This document shows, piece after piece, positions 36,801 to 50,370 of a stretch of DNA of 64,000 bases. Source of the DNA: Leucoraja ocellata (lineage: Eukaryota); NCBI GenBank assembly GCA_036785375.1, contig JAWMAR010000367.1:124001-188000 (forward strand), given 5' to 3'. Below the pieces are notes generated by a model. The model worked only from the letters and a program-made list of their open reading frames with translations. It searched no databases and was not told the origin of the DNA. A program made the position numbers and the translations under genes. How positions within the stretch are numbered: the stretch's first letter is position 1; each line of letters opens with the position of its first letter.

Positions 36801-39151
36801 TGCAACCTGTCGGTTTGAAGTAAAATCCAAGTCCAAAGGCCGCTCGTGTTTATAAGGCTGGCTGAATAACAAGCTGACCGCGAACTGACACAGAAGCTGA
36901 AACAGGCACACCGGTACAATGGCTACCAGAGCTACCATCCACTCGAATGTGGGTAGTCTGCAGTGCGATGTTCGTTGCTTATACCCCGGGACACTTGGGG
37001 TGTTAGGGGCGACACTTTGCCGCAGATGCTAGAATGGCATATTCACCCCATGCGGAGTAATAAACCCGACTCCGCTCATAATTCGTAGAGAGCGACTCAA
37101 TAGACAATAGACAATAGATGCAGGAGGCCATTCGGCCCTTCGATCCAGCACCGCCATTCATTGCGATCATGGCTGATCAGCCCCAATCAATAACCCGTGC
37201 CTGCCTTCTCCCCATATCCCTTGATTCCACTAGCCACTAGAGCTCTATCTAACTCTCTCTTAAATCCATCCAGTGACTTGGCCTCCACTGCCCTCTGTGG
37301 CAGGAATTTCCACAAATTCACAACCCTCTGGGTGAAAAACGTTTTTTTCTCACCTCAGTCTTAAATGGCCTCCCCTTTATTCTTAAACTGCGTGGCCCCT
37401 GGTTCTGGACTCCCCCAACATCAGGAACATGTCTCCTGCCTCAAGTGTGTCCAAACCCTTAACAATCTTATATGTTTCAATACAATCCCCTCTCAACCTT
37501 TTAAACTCAAGAGTGTACAAGCCCAGCCGCTCCATTCTATCAACACATGACAGTCCCGCCATCTCGGGATTTAACCTGGTAAATCTTGTAAACCTTGACT
37601 CCCATCGCCTCCCTCACTTAAAGCCCCAGACTGTTCGTGCATGCTCAGGTTGGATGCTCAGGGTACCTACCTGTCACTCTACGTTGTTGTCACTTGCGGG
37701 CGGAGCACCAAGGCAAATTCCTTGTATGCGAGTACTTGGCCAATAAACCTATTCATTCATTCATTCATTCGATAGAGTGGGTGTGGAGAGGATGTTTCTA
37801 CTAGTGGGAGAGTCCAGGACTAGTGGTCATAGCTGCAGAGTTAAAGGACGTTTCGTCTGGCAGGAGATGAGGAGAAATGTCGTTAGTCAGAGGGTGGTGA
37901 ATCTGTTGAATTCTTAGTCACAGGAGGCTGCCAAGTCAATTGATGTTTTTAAGGCAGAGATAGATAGATTCTTGATTAGGACGGGTGTCAGGGGTTAAGG
38001 GAAAACGCAGGAAAATGGGTTTAGGAATGAGAGATAGATCATCCATTCTCGAACGGCGGAGTAGACTTGATGGGCCGAATGACTTAGTTATTCTCTTTTC
38101 AAGAGAGAGCTGGATAGGGTATTAAATATAGCGGAGTCAGGGGATATGGGGAGAAGGCAGGAACGGGGTACTGATTGGGGACGATCAGCCATGATCACAT
38201 TGAATGGCGGTGCTGGCTCGAAGGGCCGAATGGCCTCCTCCTGCACCTATTGTCTATTGTCTATTATCTATTGTCTGTCACGCATGACGTTATGACCGTG
38301 ACTCTGTGACAATAGACAATAAACAATAGGTGCAGGAGGAAGCCATTCGGCCCTTCGAGCCAGCACCGCCATTCAATGTGATCATGGCTGATCGTCCCCA
38401 ATCAGTACCCCGTTCCTGCCTTCTCCCCATGTCTCCGCTATCTTTAAGAGCCCTATCTAGCTTTCTCTTGAAAGTATCCAGAGAACCGGCCTCCACCGCC
38501 CCCCGAGGCAGAGAATTCCACAAACTCACAACTCTCTGTGAGAAAAAGTGTATCCTCGTCTCCGTTCTAAATGGCTGACCCCTTATTCTTAAACTGTGTG
38601 TGTGGTCCCTGGTTCTGGGCTCCCCCAACATCGGGAACATGTTTCCTGCCTTTAGCGTGTCCAATCCCATACCAATTCTATGCCATCCACAATCAGTACC
38701 CCTTTTCTGCCTTCTCCCCGCAGCCCGCTATCTATAATAGACCTACCTAGCACTCTCTTGAAAGTATTCCGAGAACCGGCCTCCATCGCCCTCTGAGGTT
38801 GGGGGAGTCCAGAACCAGGGGCCACACATTTTAAGAATAAGGGGTAAGCCATTTAGAACGGAGATGAGGAAACACTTTTTCCATGATCACATTGAATGGT
38901 GGGGCCGAAGGGCCTACTCCGTCACCAATTGTCTATTGTCTATTGTCCCGGAAGCCCACAATCGCGGATATAAAATGTATCAACAAAATCAATGTTATGA
39001 TTGGGCAATGTTTCTTGTCAACCAATGGTGAGCATGTTGGGAGGGGAAGATCTCCCAGAAAGATGCCCCGTTCATTTGGTCTCTACCCTGCCAGAGTATT
39101 GGCGATTGGGCTGCTGGAGGAGACTTGCCCGGGCCAGGTTGGGGGATAAAC

Positions 39152-39679
39152 ATGGACACTGCACCCGGGCGGCAGGAGGAGGGTGAAGAGGGGGACAAGC
39201 CACACAAGGTACGGCTGAACACAGCGTTCAAGGAACAGGCGGGGAGTTTGGCCGAATACTTGAACTGTCCCATCTGCATTGAGCTGTTCGACCAGCCGGT
39301 CATTCTGGACTGCGGCCACAATTTCTGCCAGGCATGTCTCCAGGTGTACTGCGAGGGCGGCGAGGCCAACTCGTGTCCCCAGTGCGGGACTGTGATCGGG
39401 GACAACAGCGTGAGGGCCAACCGGGCGCTGGGCCACCTGGCCGACACTGCCCGTACTCTCAACCTGGCCCCGGTCAGGCAGGAGGGCGAAGAGGGTCCAC
39501 CCGCTCGGCCGAGACAAGCGGCGCCCAAACTGTACTGCAAGGAACACAAGGAGGAGCTGAAACTCTTCTGTGAGACGGACAGGGAGCTGATCTGTGTGAT
39601 GTGTTTGGACGGGAGAGCGGGCGGCAGCCACAAGCAACATGACTTCATGCTCATCCACGAAGCTGTGGAGAAATACAAG
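39152..39679 (+). CDS. TRIM E3 ligase (class IV, TRIM39/69/NF7-A33-like) exon 1: RING plus B-box2
   Basis: C3HC4 RING CPICIELFDQPVILDCGHNFCQAC...CPQC; B-box CKEH..ELKLFCETD..LICVMC...H..H; donor AAG|gtgagt, phase 0. Confidence 0.92.
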
Positions 39680-42526
39680 GTGAGTGTGAGGGGCCGCATG
39701 CTTTTTCCATTCCGGGTCATTCTTGGATAAAGGCACAGAGCGCTGGAGTAACTCGGCGGGGCAGGCAGCATCTCTGGATAGAAAGAGTGGGCGACTTTTC
39801 GGATCGAGACGCTTCTCCAGGCTGAGAGTCAGGGGAGAGAGATAAGGAAGAGTAAGGTGTGAAATCGAGACATCAAAGGAGATGGAGGGCAAGGAAAATG
39901 CAGAATAGATCATTGTTAGCTAGGAGAATCTAACAACGTAGCAAACAGAGATAAAATGTTTAAGAAGGAACTGCAGATGCCTGAAAAATCAAAGGTAGAC
40001 AAAAATGCTGGAGAAACTCAGCGGGCGAGGCAGCATCTATGGAGCGAGGTTTCGGGTCGAGACACTTCGTCAGAACGAAGAGGGGTCTCGACCCGAAACG
40101 TCACCTATTCATTCGCTCAGGACATGATTTACTTTCTGACGATGCAAGCGAGCGATCTGAAACCGGTCGCCCGTTCTTCAATCATGCGTGGTGTCTCATC
40201 AAATATCCGACCCAGTATCATTAACTTGCGCAGTGAGTCTTGCAAATATCTTGTGAGATAGTCGTTCCTCTCTGAGCACTAAAGTATCGAGAAATCCACT
40301 CATTCTCTCCTCACAGAGGTTTAACAAGGTCCACATCATAAATATGTTAGGACATGGAACTTTACACATGGATGCTTGAATCACAGAGTCACGAAGTCAC
40401 ACAGCATGGAAACAGGCCCTTCGACCCAGCTCGCCCATGCTGACCAAGACGACCCATCTACACTCGTCCCACCTGCCCGCGATTGGCCATATCCCTCTAA
40501 ATGTTCATATCCATGTTCCTGTGCAAATGTATTTTAAATATTGTTATAGTTTATGCCTCAACTACCTCCCCGATAGCTCCTTCTATATATCCACCATCCT
40601 CTGTGTGGACAAGTTGCCGCTCAGTTTCCGATTATATCTTTCCCCGCNNNNNNNNNNNNNNNNNNNNNNNNNNNNNNNNNNNNNNNNNNNNNNNNNNNNN
40701 NNNNNNNNNNNNNNNNNNNNNNNNNNNNNNNNNNNNNNNNNNNNNNNNNNNNNNNNNNNNNNNNNNNNNNNNNNNNNNNNNNNNNNNNNNNNNNNNNNNN
40801 NNNNNNNNNNNNNNNNNNNNNNNNNNNNNNNNNNNNNNNNNNNNNNNGTTTTAATGATAAGGAAGTGAAGGCAACACTATGTTACACTTGATTTGTAATC
40901 CTCGTTTTCTTCCTCTCAGGGTTACTTTAACTCATTGAGAATTAAAATATGTCATGCTACGTCTTTACAATGGAAACACTTGGAATTCAAGCATCACAGT
41001 TAGTGACCGAGTGTCCTTCTACACTATGTAACGGAAAGGTTCGCTGATTAAAAATGAACATTGTATATGGAAGGAACAAAATGTTCGTGTGGTGCATTTG
41101 TTACACAGGAAGGTGCTGATCAAGCAAGGCCAGTTCTAAACGCCAACAGCCATCTGATATGTAGAGAGGAACTGAACATTGAGTCGGGCAATCTCATGCT
41201 TTGTATTCCGATCATTTGTTCCCGATGTTGGGGAAGTCCAGAACAAGGGGTCACAGTTTAAGAATAAGGGGAAAATCTTTTAGGACCGAGATGAGGAGAA
41301 CCTTTTTCACACAAAGAGTGGTGAATCTCTGGAATTCTCCGCCGCAGAAGGTAGTTGAGGCCAGTTCATTGGCTATATTTTAATAACCATATAATAACCA
41401 TATAACAATTACAGCACGGAAACAGGCCATCTCGACCCTTCTAGTCCGTGCCGAACATAGGGAGTTAGATGTGGTCCTTGGGGCTATAGGGATCAGGGGG
41501 TATGGAGAGAAGGCAGGAACAGGATACTGAGTTGGATGATCAGCCATGATCATATTGAATAGCGGTGCAGGCTCGAGGGGCCGAATGGCCTACTCCTGCA
41601 CCTATTTTCTATGTTTCTATGTTTCTATGATCTGAAATCGTCTGGCCATTCCCTCCCAAGGTGTTGCCCGACCTGCTGAGTTATTCCATTGGCCTTTATA
41701 ACAAGAGGAGTTGAGTATAGGAGCAAAGAGGGAACCAAAACTGCACACAATACTCCAGGTGTGGTCTCACTGTAGTCTCACCTACTCTGGGCAAGAGGCC
41801 CGATCTTATCCTCTCATGATTTTTATACGCTGTCCGACACACGAGGGATCATTTAAACAAAGAAACATAGACAATAGGTGCAGGAGTAGGCCATTCGGCC
41901 CTTCGAGCCTGCACCGCCATTCAACATGATCATGGCTGATCATCCAACTCAGTATCCTGTACCTGCCTTCTCTCCATACCCCCTGATATCTTTAGCCCCA
42001 AGGGCCACATCTAACTCACTCGTAAATATAGCCAATGAACTGGCCTCAACTACCTTCTGTGGCAGAGAATTCCACAGGTTCACCACTCTCTGTGTGAAAA
42101 ATGTTTTTCTCATCTCGGTCCTGAAAGATTTTCCCCCTTATCCTTAAACTGTGACCCACTTGTTCTGGACTTCCCCAACATCGGGAACAATCTTCCTGTA
42201 TCTAGCCTGTCCAACCCCGTAAGAATTTTGTACGTTTCTATAAGACCCCCCCCCCCCCCCCCCCCCTTCCCCTCAATCTTCTAAATTCTAGCGAGTACAA
42301 GCCGAGTCTATCCAGTCTTTCTTCATATGAAAGTCCTGACATCCCGGGAATCAATCTGGTGAACCTTCTCTGTACTCTCTCTATGGCAAGAATGTCTTTC
42401 CTCAGATTAGGAGAGGCGACCAAAACCGTACACAATACTCCAGGTGTGGTCTCACCAAGACCCTGTACAACTGCATTATTAATGTCTTTCTTCCTTTCTT
42501 CCTTCGCCCCATTCTCTCTCTCGCAG

Positions 42527-43116
42527 CTCCATCCTGCTTAACATTGGATCCAAATACTGCACATTCCTGGCTCATCCTGTCTGATGATCTGACCAGCGTG
42601 AGATACGGCGACAAGGCGCAGCTCCTGCCGGAGACGCCGGAGCGCTTCTACCCGTGTGTGTGCGTCCTCGCCTCCGAGGGCTTCACCTCGGGCAAGCACT
42701 ACTGGGAGGTGGAGGTGGGAGACAGCACCGAGTGGGACCTGGGAGTGGTGGCCGAGTCGGTCAACAGGAAGGGAGACATCACGGCCATGCCCGAGGCCGG
42801 CTACTGGATCGTGTGGTTGAGAAGGAGCGAGTACAAGGCGGGCACCCTGCCCCGCACCCGCCTGGCCGTCACCGTGATGCCGAGGAAGATCGGAGTCTAC
42901 CTGGACTACGAGGAGGGCCAGGTGTCCTTTTACAACGCCGACAACATGACCCACCTCCACACCTTCATCGACATCTTCACCGAGAAACTCTACCCGTTCT
43001 TCAGCCCCTGTCTCAATGGTGGTGAGAAAAACACGGAGCCCCTCAGGATCTGTTCCGCAAAAGGTCAGTGGCGTGGGGGCGTGTTGGCCTTTCATTTTGG
43101 GAGCCCGGCCGTTTAG
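42527..43116 (+). CDS. TRIM gene 1 terminal PRY-SPRY (B30.2) exon
   Basis: ctctcgcag|CT phase 1; [16 protein letters not shown]...[47 protein letters not shown]; stop TAG at 43114-43116. Confidence 0.92.
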
Positions 43117-46100
43117 AATCTGTACCGATGGTTCAGAATAGGGTTACATGAGCAGCCGGAGCTGTGAGGGGTGATACAGAGAGACTTCACGGAGATGTAG
43201 ATGGGATAAGTTAATGAGCAANNNNNNNNNNNNNNNNNNNNNNNNNNNNNNNNNNNNNNNNNNNNNNNNNNNNNNNNNNNNNNNNNNNNNNNNNNNNNNN
43301 NNNNNNNNNNNNNNNNNNNNNNNNNNNNNNNNNNNNNNNNNNNNNNNNNNNNNNNNNNNNNNNNNNNNNNNNNNNNNNNNNNNNNNNNNNNNNNNNNNNN
43401 NNNNNNNNNNNNNNNNNNNNNNNNNNNNNNNNNNNNNNNNNNNNNNNNNNNNNNNNNNNNNNNNNNNNNNNNNNNNNNNNNNNNNNNNNNNNNNNNNNNN
43501 NNNNNNNNNNNNNNNNNNNNNNNNNNNNNNNNNNNNNNNNNNNNNNNNNNNNNNNNNNNNNNNNNNNNNNNNNNNNNNNNNNNNNNNNNNNNNNNNNNNN
43601 NNNNNNNNNNNNNNNNNNNNNNNNNNNNNNNNNNNNNNNNNNNNNNNNNNNNNNNNNNNNNNNNNNNNNNNNNNNNNNNNNNNNNNNNNNNCATCTATGG
43701 AGGGAATATAAAAGATTATTTGGTTTCCACCGAAACAACTCCTCTCCAGATGCTGTCTGGCCCGCTGAGTTCATCCAGCATGTTGCTCTTCACTGGAGAT
43801 CCCTGCAGCTGCAGTTCCCTCTCTGTTGAGGTGTGTTGGTTGTGCATGGTAAGGATTTCAGGGTTGATACAGGTAGATCTTGATGGGGGTAAAATAAGAG
43901 CCACGGTCTTATCAGATGGATAGGGGCCAAAAGTGGGTAATTAGGGTCAGCCCGGGATAGGCATAGGTCAGTGTTTGAGGAACATGGGCTAAACACGGGA
44001 AAGTGGGACTAGATTAGATAGAACATCTTGGTCGGCATGGACAGGTTGGGCCGAAGGGCCTGTTTCCGTGCTGCGTTGACTATGACTGTGAGGATCCCAA
44101 CTTGGTGGGCATGGACAGGTTGGGCCGAAGGGCCTGTTTCCATGCTGCACGACTCTGGGACTCGATTGATTTCAGCTGAAGGAGATACACACTAAACATT
44201 GCGTTGAGTTTTGTTCCATTCGTGTTTGAGATTCTCTGTACATTTGTCTTGTTACATGGTCCCTTGCAGACTTTTACAGCCCGGAGTACAACAAGCAAGC
44301 GGTGTCGTGGAAGAAGCGGGTGGCCTAGAGACTCGAGCCTGCGGTCATTTCCTCTTCATCTCGTCCAGAACATTGCCTCCGGTTTGACAGTCAGAGTCGC
44401 CTGTGTTTGAGAGTTCAGAGATGCCAAGTCACGAGCATCAAGAGTGTTTTATTGTCATGTGTCCCAGATTGAACAATGAAATTATTGCTTGCTGCAGTAC
44501 AACACAATATGTAAACATAATACAGAACCGAAGATAAAGGTTCAGTGTGTCTATATAACATAGACCATATATGTACACAATAAATAAACAAATAAGGTGT
44601 AATAGTAATAATAGACTGGTATTGATCAGTTTTTGTTTTGATGTTGTGTGATGGCTGTGGGGAAGCAGTTGTTCCTGAACCTGGATGTACCAGATTTCAG
44701 GCTCCTGTACCTTCTACCTGATAGCAATGGAGAGATGAGTGTGTGGCCAGGATGGTATGGGTCTTTGATGATGATGCCAGCCTTTTTGAGGCAGAGACTG
44801 CGATAGATCCCTTCGATGATGGGGAAGTCAGAGCCAGTGATGGGCTGGGCAGTGGTCACAACTTTCTGCAGTCTTTTCCGCTCCTGGACGCTCAAGTTGC
44901 CGAACCAAGCCACGATGCAACCGGTCAGCATGCTCTCTACTGTGCACCTGTAGAAGTTCGAGAGAGTCCTCCTTGACAAACCGACTCTCCGTATTCTTCT
45001 CAGGAAGTAGAGGCGCTGATGTGCCTTCTTTATAATTGAAGTTGACTGTTAAATGTAGCCTTCACTTCGAGACAACGCACAGTTCGGTGGGGAGGATGGT
45101 GGGAGGTTACACTGGTCACTTTAAAAACTGAAATGAACGAAATTGAAAAGAACAAGATTGAAAAGACTAGGCTTGTATTCACTGGAGTTTAGAAGGATGA
45201 GGGGGAAATCATATCGAAACATATAAAATTAGAAAAGGACTGGACAAGCTAGATGCAGGAAAAATGTTCCCATTGTTGGGCGAGTCCAGAACCAGAGGCC
45301 ACAGTCTTAGAATAAAGGGGAGGCCATTTAAGACTGAGGCGAGAAAAAAAAACGTTTTCACCCAGAGAGTTGTGAATTTGTGGAATTCCCTGCCACTGAG
45401 GGCAGTGGAGGCCAAGTGGAATCAAGAGATATGGGGAGAAGGCAGGCATTGGTTATTGATTGGGGACGATCAGCCATGATCACAATGAATGGCGGTGCTG
45501 GCTCGAAGGGCCGAATGGCCTCCTCCTGCACTTATTGTTTGTTTCTATGTTTCCATGTAAATGATTGGATCTAATGTCACCTTAATAGAACGAAAGCAAG
45601 AGTGACATGTGCTTAATTGCCATGTGTTCAGATAACGGAACAAGCAAATTGTTCCTGAACAGAATTCAAATGGTTCCCTTCATCTTACCTTGTGCCGTAC
45701 AGTTCTCAACCTCTCGGTTCTGCACCGGCAGGTTGAATTGTAGCATTGTTGAACACCACACATATTTCTTCGCCACTGAAATGTGCCTCGAGTTTAACAA
45801 TTTTAATGACAATTAAACGTTTGTATCACAGCCGCCGTGAAGAAACAGTCAGCATGCTGGTACGTCATTTGATTACGTTTTTATTAAATAAACTCCTACT
45901 TTAAAGGGTTTTTGTTGTAATCAATAGACAAGAGACAATAGACAATAGGTGCAGGAGTAGGCCATTTGGCCCTTCGAGCCAGCACCGTCATTCAATGTGA
46001 TCATGGCTGATCATCCCCAATCAGTACCCCGTTCCTGCCTTCTCCCCATATCTCCTGACTCCGCTATCTTTAAGAGCCCTATCTAGCTCTCTCTTGAAAG

Positions 46101-49100
46101 TATCTAGAGAACCGGCCTCCACCGCCCTTTGAGGCAGAGAATTCCACAGACTCACAAATCTTTGTGTGAGAAAAAGTGTTTCTCGTCTCGGTTCTAAATG
46201 GCTTACTCCTTATTCTTAAACTGTGGTTCTGGACTCCCCCAATATCGGGAGCATGTTTCCTGCCTCTAGTGTGTCCAAGCCCTTAACAATCTTACATGTT
46301 TCAATAAGATGCCCTCTCATCCTTCTAAACTCCAGAATATACAAGCCCAGCCGCTCCATTCTCTCACCGGCCTCCACCGCCCTCTGAGCCAGAGAATTCC
46401 ACAGACACACAATTCCACGGACTCTAATCCTGGGACATTGTGACACGAGTTGGGGGAGGGGGGGTGGCGAAGCAAGTAGAGAGATACTGCCTCACAACAC
46501 CCGAGCGCCCAGTTCAATTCCAACATCCCATGCTGCCCATGTGGAGTTTGCACGTTCTTCCAGTGACCGCGCGAGTTTCTACCAGTGGTCCTGTTTCCAC
46601 ACACACCCCCGATGACCATTTGGGACTGAGATAGGAGAGGGGAAAAAAATCACCCACAGAGTTGTGAATCTGTGGAATTCTCTGCCACAGAAGGCAGCGG
46701 AGGCCAATGCACTGGACGTTTTCAAGATAGTTAGATTTAGCTCTTAAAGGGCTTTCTCACGGTGGGACCTGAAGCAAGACCTAACAAGAGTGTAACATCG
46801 TGGGAACCTTCTGCGATAGCTGTACGGCATTCGTGGACCACCGAGGACCTCCGTGACGCTGACGGCAGGCAGTCGTGTGACTTGGTAAGGTCGGGAGAAA
46901 ATTCAAACATTTTTGAATTTCTCCAAGAGTGTCTTGAGCAGCGTTGCAACATTGTATGAGTGCAGATGCCAGTGCGATATCCTTGCGATATCCGTGCGAT
47001 ATCCGTAATGACTCTTACGAGTACCGTGGGAACTCCTGTCTGTCCGTCACTGAAACAGGCAGGTGAGATTTCACATTCACCTTGTGTGTGCCTCTCTCTC
47101 TCTCTCTCTCTCTCTCCCTCCCTCCCTCCCTCCCTCTCACACAGGCATGAATGGATGAACTCCGCGGGACAGGCAGCATCTACGGAGGGAGATGGACAGG
47201 CGACCCATTCTTCAGGCTGCCTTATGTCTCTCTCCCCCCCCCCACTCACCCCAACTCCCACCCACACACGCGAATGCTGGAGAAACTCAGCGGGTGCAGC
47301 AGCATCTATGGAACAAAGGAAATAGACAACGTTTTGGCCCCGCTGCACCCGCTGCACCCGCTGATGGATAGGGGGGATGGGGGAGGACGAGGTACGGATT
47401 TTGGTTAATCAGCCATGATCATGTTGTATGGCGGTGCTGGCTCAAAGGGCCGAATGGCCCACTCCTGCACCTATTTTCTATGTTTCTAAGACGTGGAGTT
47501 TTGGAGCTTAATTTCCCGCTGTGGGGTCAATGGTAGATTGTGGGAAGGGTTTTAGAACGCGGGAAGAAATAAACAGGGTTAATTGAAGATTAGTAGTCTG
47601 CGCGGACTCGAAGGATCATTGCTGTATCTCTCAATACTTCAATGTAAAGATTGCAAGGGGCGTCTAATCTAAAACCTGAACATTTTAAAGAATAAAGGGT
47701 AAGCCATTTAGAACGGAGACGAGGAAACACTTTTTCACACAGAGAGTGGTGGGATTCTCTGCCTCAGAGGCCGGTTCTCTGGATACTTTCAAGAGAGAGT
47801 TAGATGGGGTTCTTATAGATAGCAGAGTCAGGGGATATGGGAAGAAGGCAGGAACGAGGTACTGATTGGGGATGATCAGCCATGATCACATTGAATGGCA
47901 GTGCTGGCTCGAAGGACCGAATGGCCTCCTCCTGCACCTATTGTTTATTGTCTATTTCTTCAGATCTCTGAAGTCCACAGTCTAATGATAAGCAACTAAT
48001 GATGAACAGATACCGGGATAGAAATACCCAGGGGGCCATTTAGGGGATCTGGTGGACACAATGCAGCAGATAATTGTTCTGTCACGGTCAATTTATATCC
48101 CCCAATGTGTGGTGGATCGTTTAAACTTGGTTTTAGCTGGTACCCACAATATCTAGGCTAGCCTAGTTGGACAGCAGGGTCTATGGTGTCCATGTTTGGG
48201 TGGCTGGTACCTGTAGTGCAGCGGACTATGTGTCTGGCGTAACCCATTTTGCACTCTACGAACTCAACTTGTTCATATGGCATTTTTTTGAATGATACCT
48301 TGCTCATCTATATTCTAGCCCATTATTTAGACCCTTTGTGAGGGAGGGTCTGGTGGGCCTTTTGCAGCGGGAAAAATGGCTGCCATTTGTGTTGTTAATA
48401 TAGGCGTGGCAGTGAGCTCACCATGGTAGTGGATTAAAGTGGTACCTCACTCATCTATTTAGAACCCATTATTTGCCCCCCACGCAGCGGGTGGTACCCG
48501 TCAGACTCCCAATTCCGTTCATTTCAGGTGATCCACTACACACTACCATAGTCAGACATTGGTAGCTAGTTCGTCCAACCTAATGTCTCTGGGCCGAAGA
48601 TCTAATGTGACAGAAATTGGGAGGAAGAGAGCTGTGAAGTCAACCAAAATAGTGACAGGTGTGAGAGTCTAGGACCAGAGATCATAGCCTTTGAAATAAA
48701 GCACGTTCCTTTAGGAAGGTGATGAGGAGGAATTTATTTAGTCAGAGGGTGGTGAATCTGTGGATCTCATTGCCACAGAGGGCTGTGGAGGCCATGTCAG
48801 TGGACATATCCGAGGCAGAAATAGACAAATTCTTAGATTTGAACGGGGGCCAAGGGTTGCGAGGAGAAGGCAGTAAAATGGGATTAGTAGGAAGAAATCA
48901 GCTATGATTGAATTCCGGAATAGACTTGATGGGCCGAATGGCCTAACTCTGATCCTATAAGATGAACTTGTGAGGAAGCAGGAAAGGGGGTAGGGGGGTA
49001 ATTATTAATTTTCGAATAATTGAAGAATTTAGTGTTTGTACCATTGGGATTTGAGGTTATGGTTATGAAACAGGTGGCCCAACAGGTCTTGGCTGAAATA

Positions 49101-49819
49101 TAGCGTGTTCAACAAAACCAAGGAGATTACATCAGGGGCATTGTAATAGAACACATAGAACCATAGAAAATAGGTGCAGGGGGAGGCCATTCGGCCCTTT
49201 GAGCCAGCACCGCTATTCATTGTGATCATGGCTGATCATCCCCTATCAATCACCCGTGCCTGCCTTCTCCCCATACCCCTTGACTCCACCTGGAGCTCTA
49301 TCTAACTCTCTCTTAAATCCATCCAGTTACTTGGCCTCCACTGCCCCCTGGGGCAAGGAATTCCATATATTCACAACTCTTTGGGTGAAAACGTTTTTTC
49401 TCACCTCAGTCTTAAATGACCTCCCATTAATTCGATACGGCAGGTCTGAAGAAGGGTTTTGACCCGAAACGTCGCCTATTTCCTTCGCTCTGGTGATGCT
49501 GCCTCACCCGCTGAGTTTCTCCAGCATTTGTGTTTACCCACATAGACTCAATCAGCAAGACAGGTTCAGCCGGTTGTCACGAAGCTATTGTATGTTTGCC
49601 CGGATTGTGGGAGATGTTCCGGCTCAAATAACTCTGCTGATTGGTATCAAAGGGATGAGACTCCGTGGGTTGAGCAAATTCCTGCAGGTTCATATTTTCT
49701 CCGCGTGTAACAACTGCTGATACGGACCAGTCAAAAATACCTTGCACGTTGACCCCTTCCCGTGTTGGGTCAGCTGATAATTTCTGGTAGATTCACCCCA
49801 CGCAGCACCATCCATCCCG

Positions 49820-50370
49820 GTGTTTGAGAAGGAACTGCAGATGCTGGAAAATCGAAGGTAGACAAAAATGCTGGAGAAACTCAGCGGGTGAGGCAGCATC
49901 TATGGAGTGAAGGAAATAGGCAACGTTTTTGGTCGTAACCCTTCTTCAGACTGGTGTGAGGGTGGGAGGGGGGTCAGGAAGAAGAAAGGAAAAGGTTGAG
50001 ACAGTGGGCTGAGGGAGAGCTGGGAAGGGGAGGAGAAAGCAGGGACTACCTGAAATTGGACAAGTCAATGTTCATGTCGCTGGGGTGTAAACTGCCCAAG
50101 TGAAATATGAGGTGCTGCTCCTCCAATTGGCGGTGGGACTCACTCTGGCCATGGAGGAGGCCCAGGACAGAAAGGTCGGATTGGGAATGGGAGGGGGAGT
50201 TGAAGTGCTGAGCCACCGGGAGATCAGGTTCGTTGTTGCGAACTGAGCGGAGGTGTTGGGCGAAGCCAACGCTTGGTCTCACCGATGTAGAGCAGCTGAC
50301 ATCTAAGACCATGAATACAATAGATGAGGCTGGAGGAGGTGCAGGTGAACCTCTGCCGCACCTGGAAAGA
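49820..50370 (-). mobile_element. Penelope-like 3' fragment plus pLTR
   Basis: FAQHLRSV...EEQHLIFHLGSLHPS; hammerhead-type motif ~49921-49951. Confidence 0.8.

Noticed and set aside
38995-39913. Long antisense ORFs over TRIM exon 1 (and 42538-43095 over the B30.2 exon)
   Set aside because: Shadow ORFs of GC3-rich coding sequence with no recognisable domain
40920-41003. Good acceptor tcctctcag followed by a short open frame, as a missing TRIM exon
   Set aside because: The peptide has no coiled-coil or TRIM linker character and there is no suitable donor before the stop
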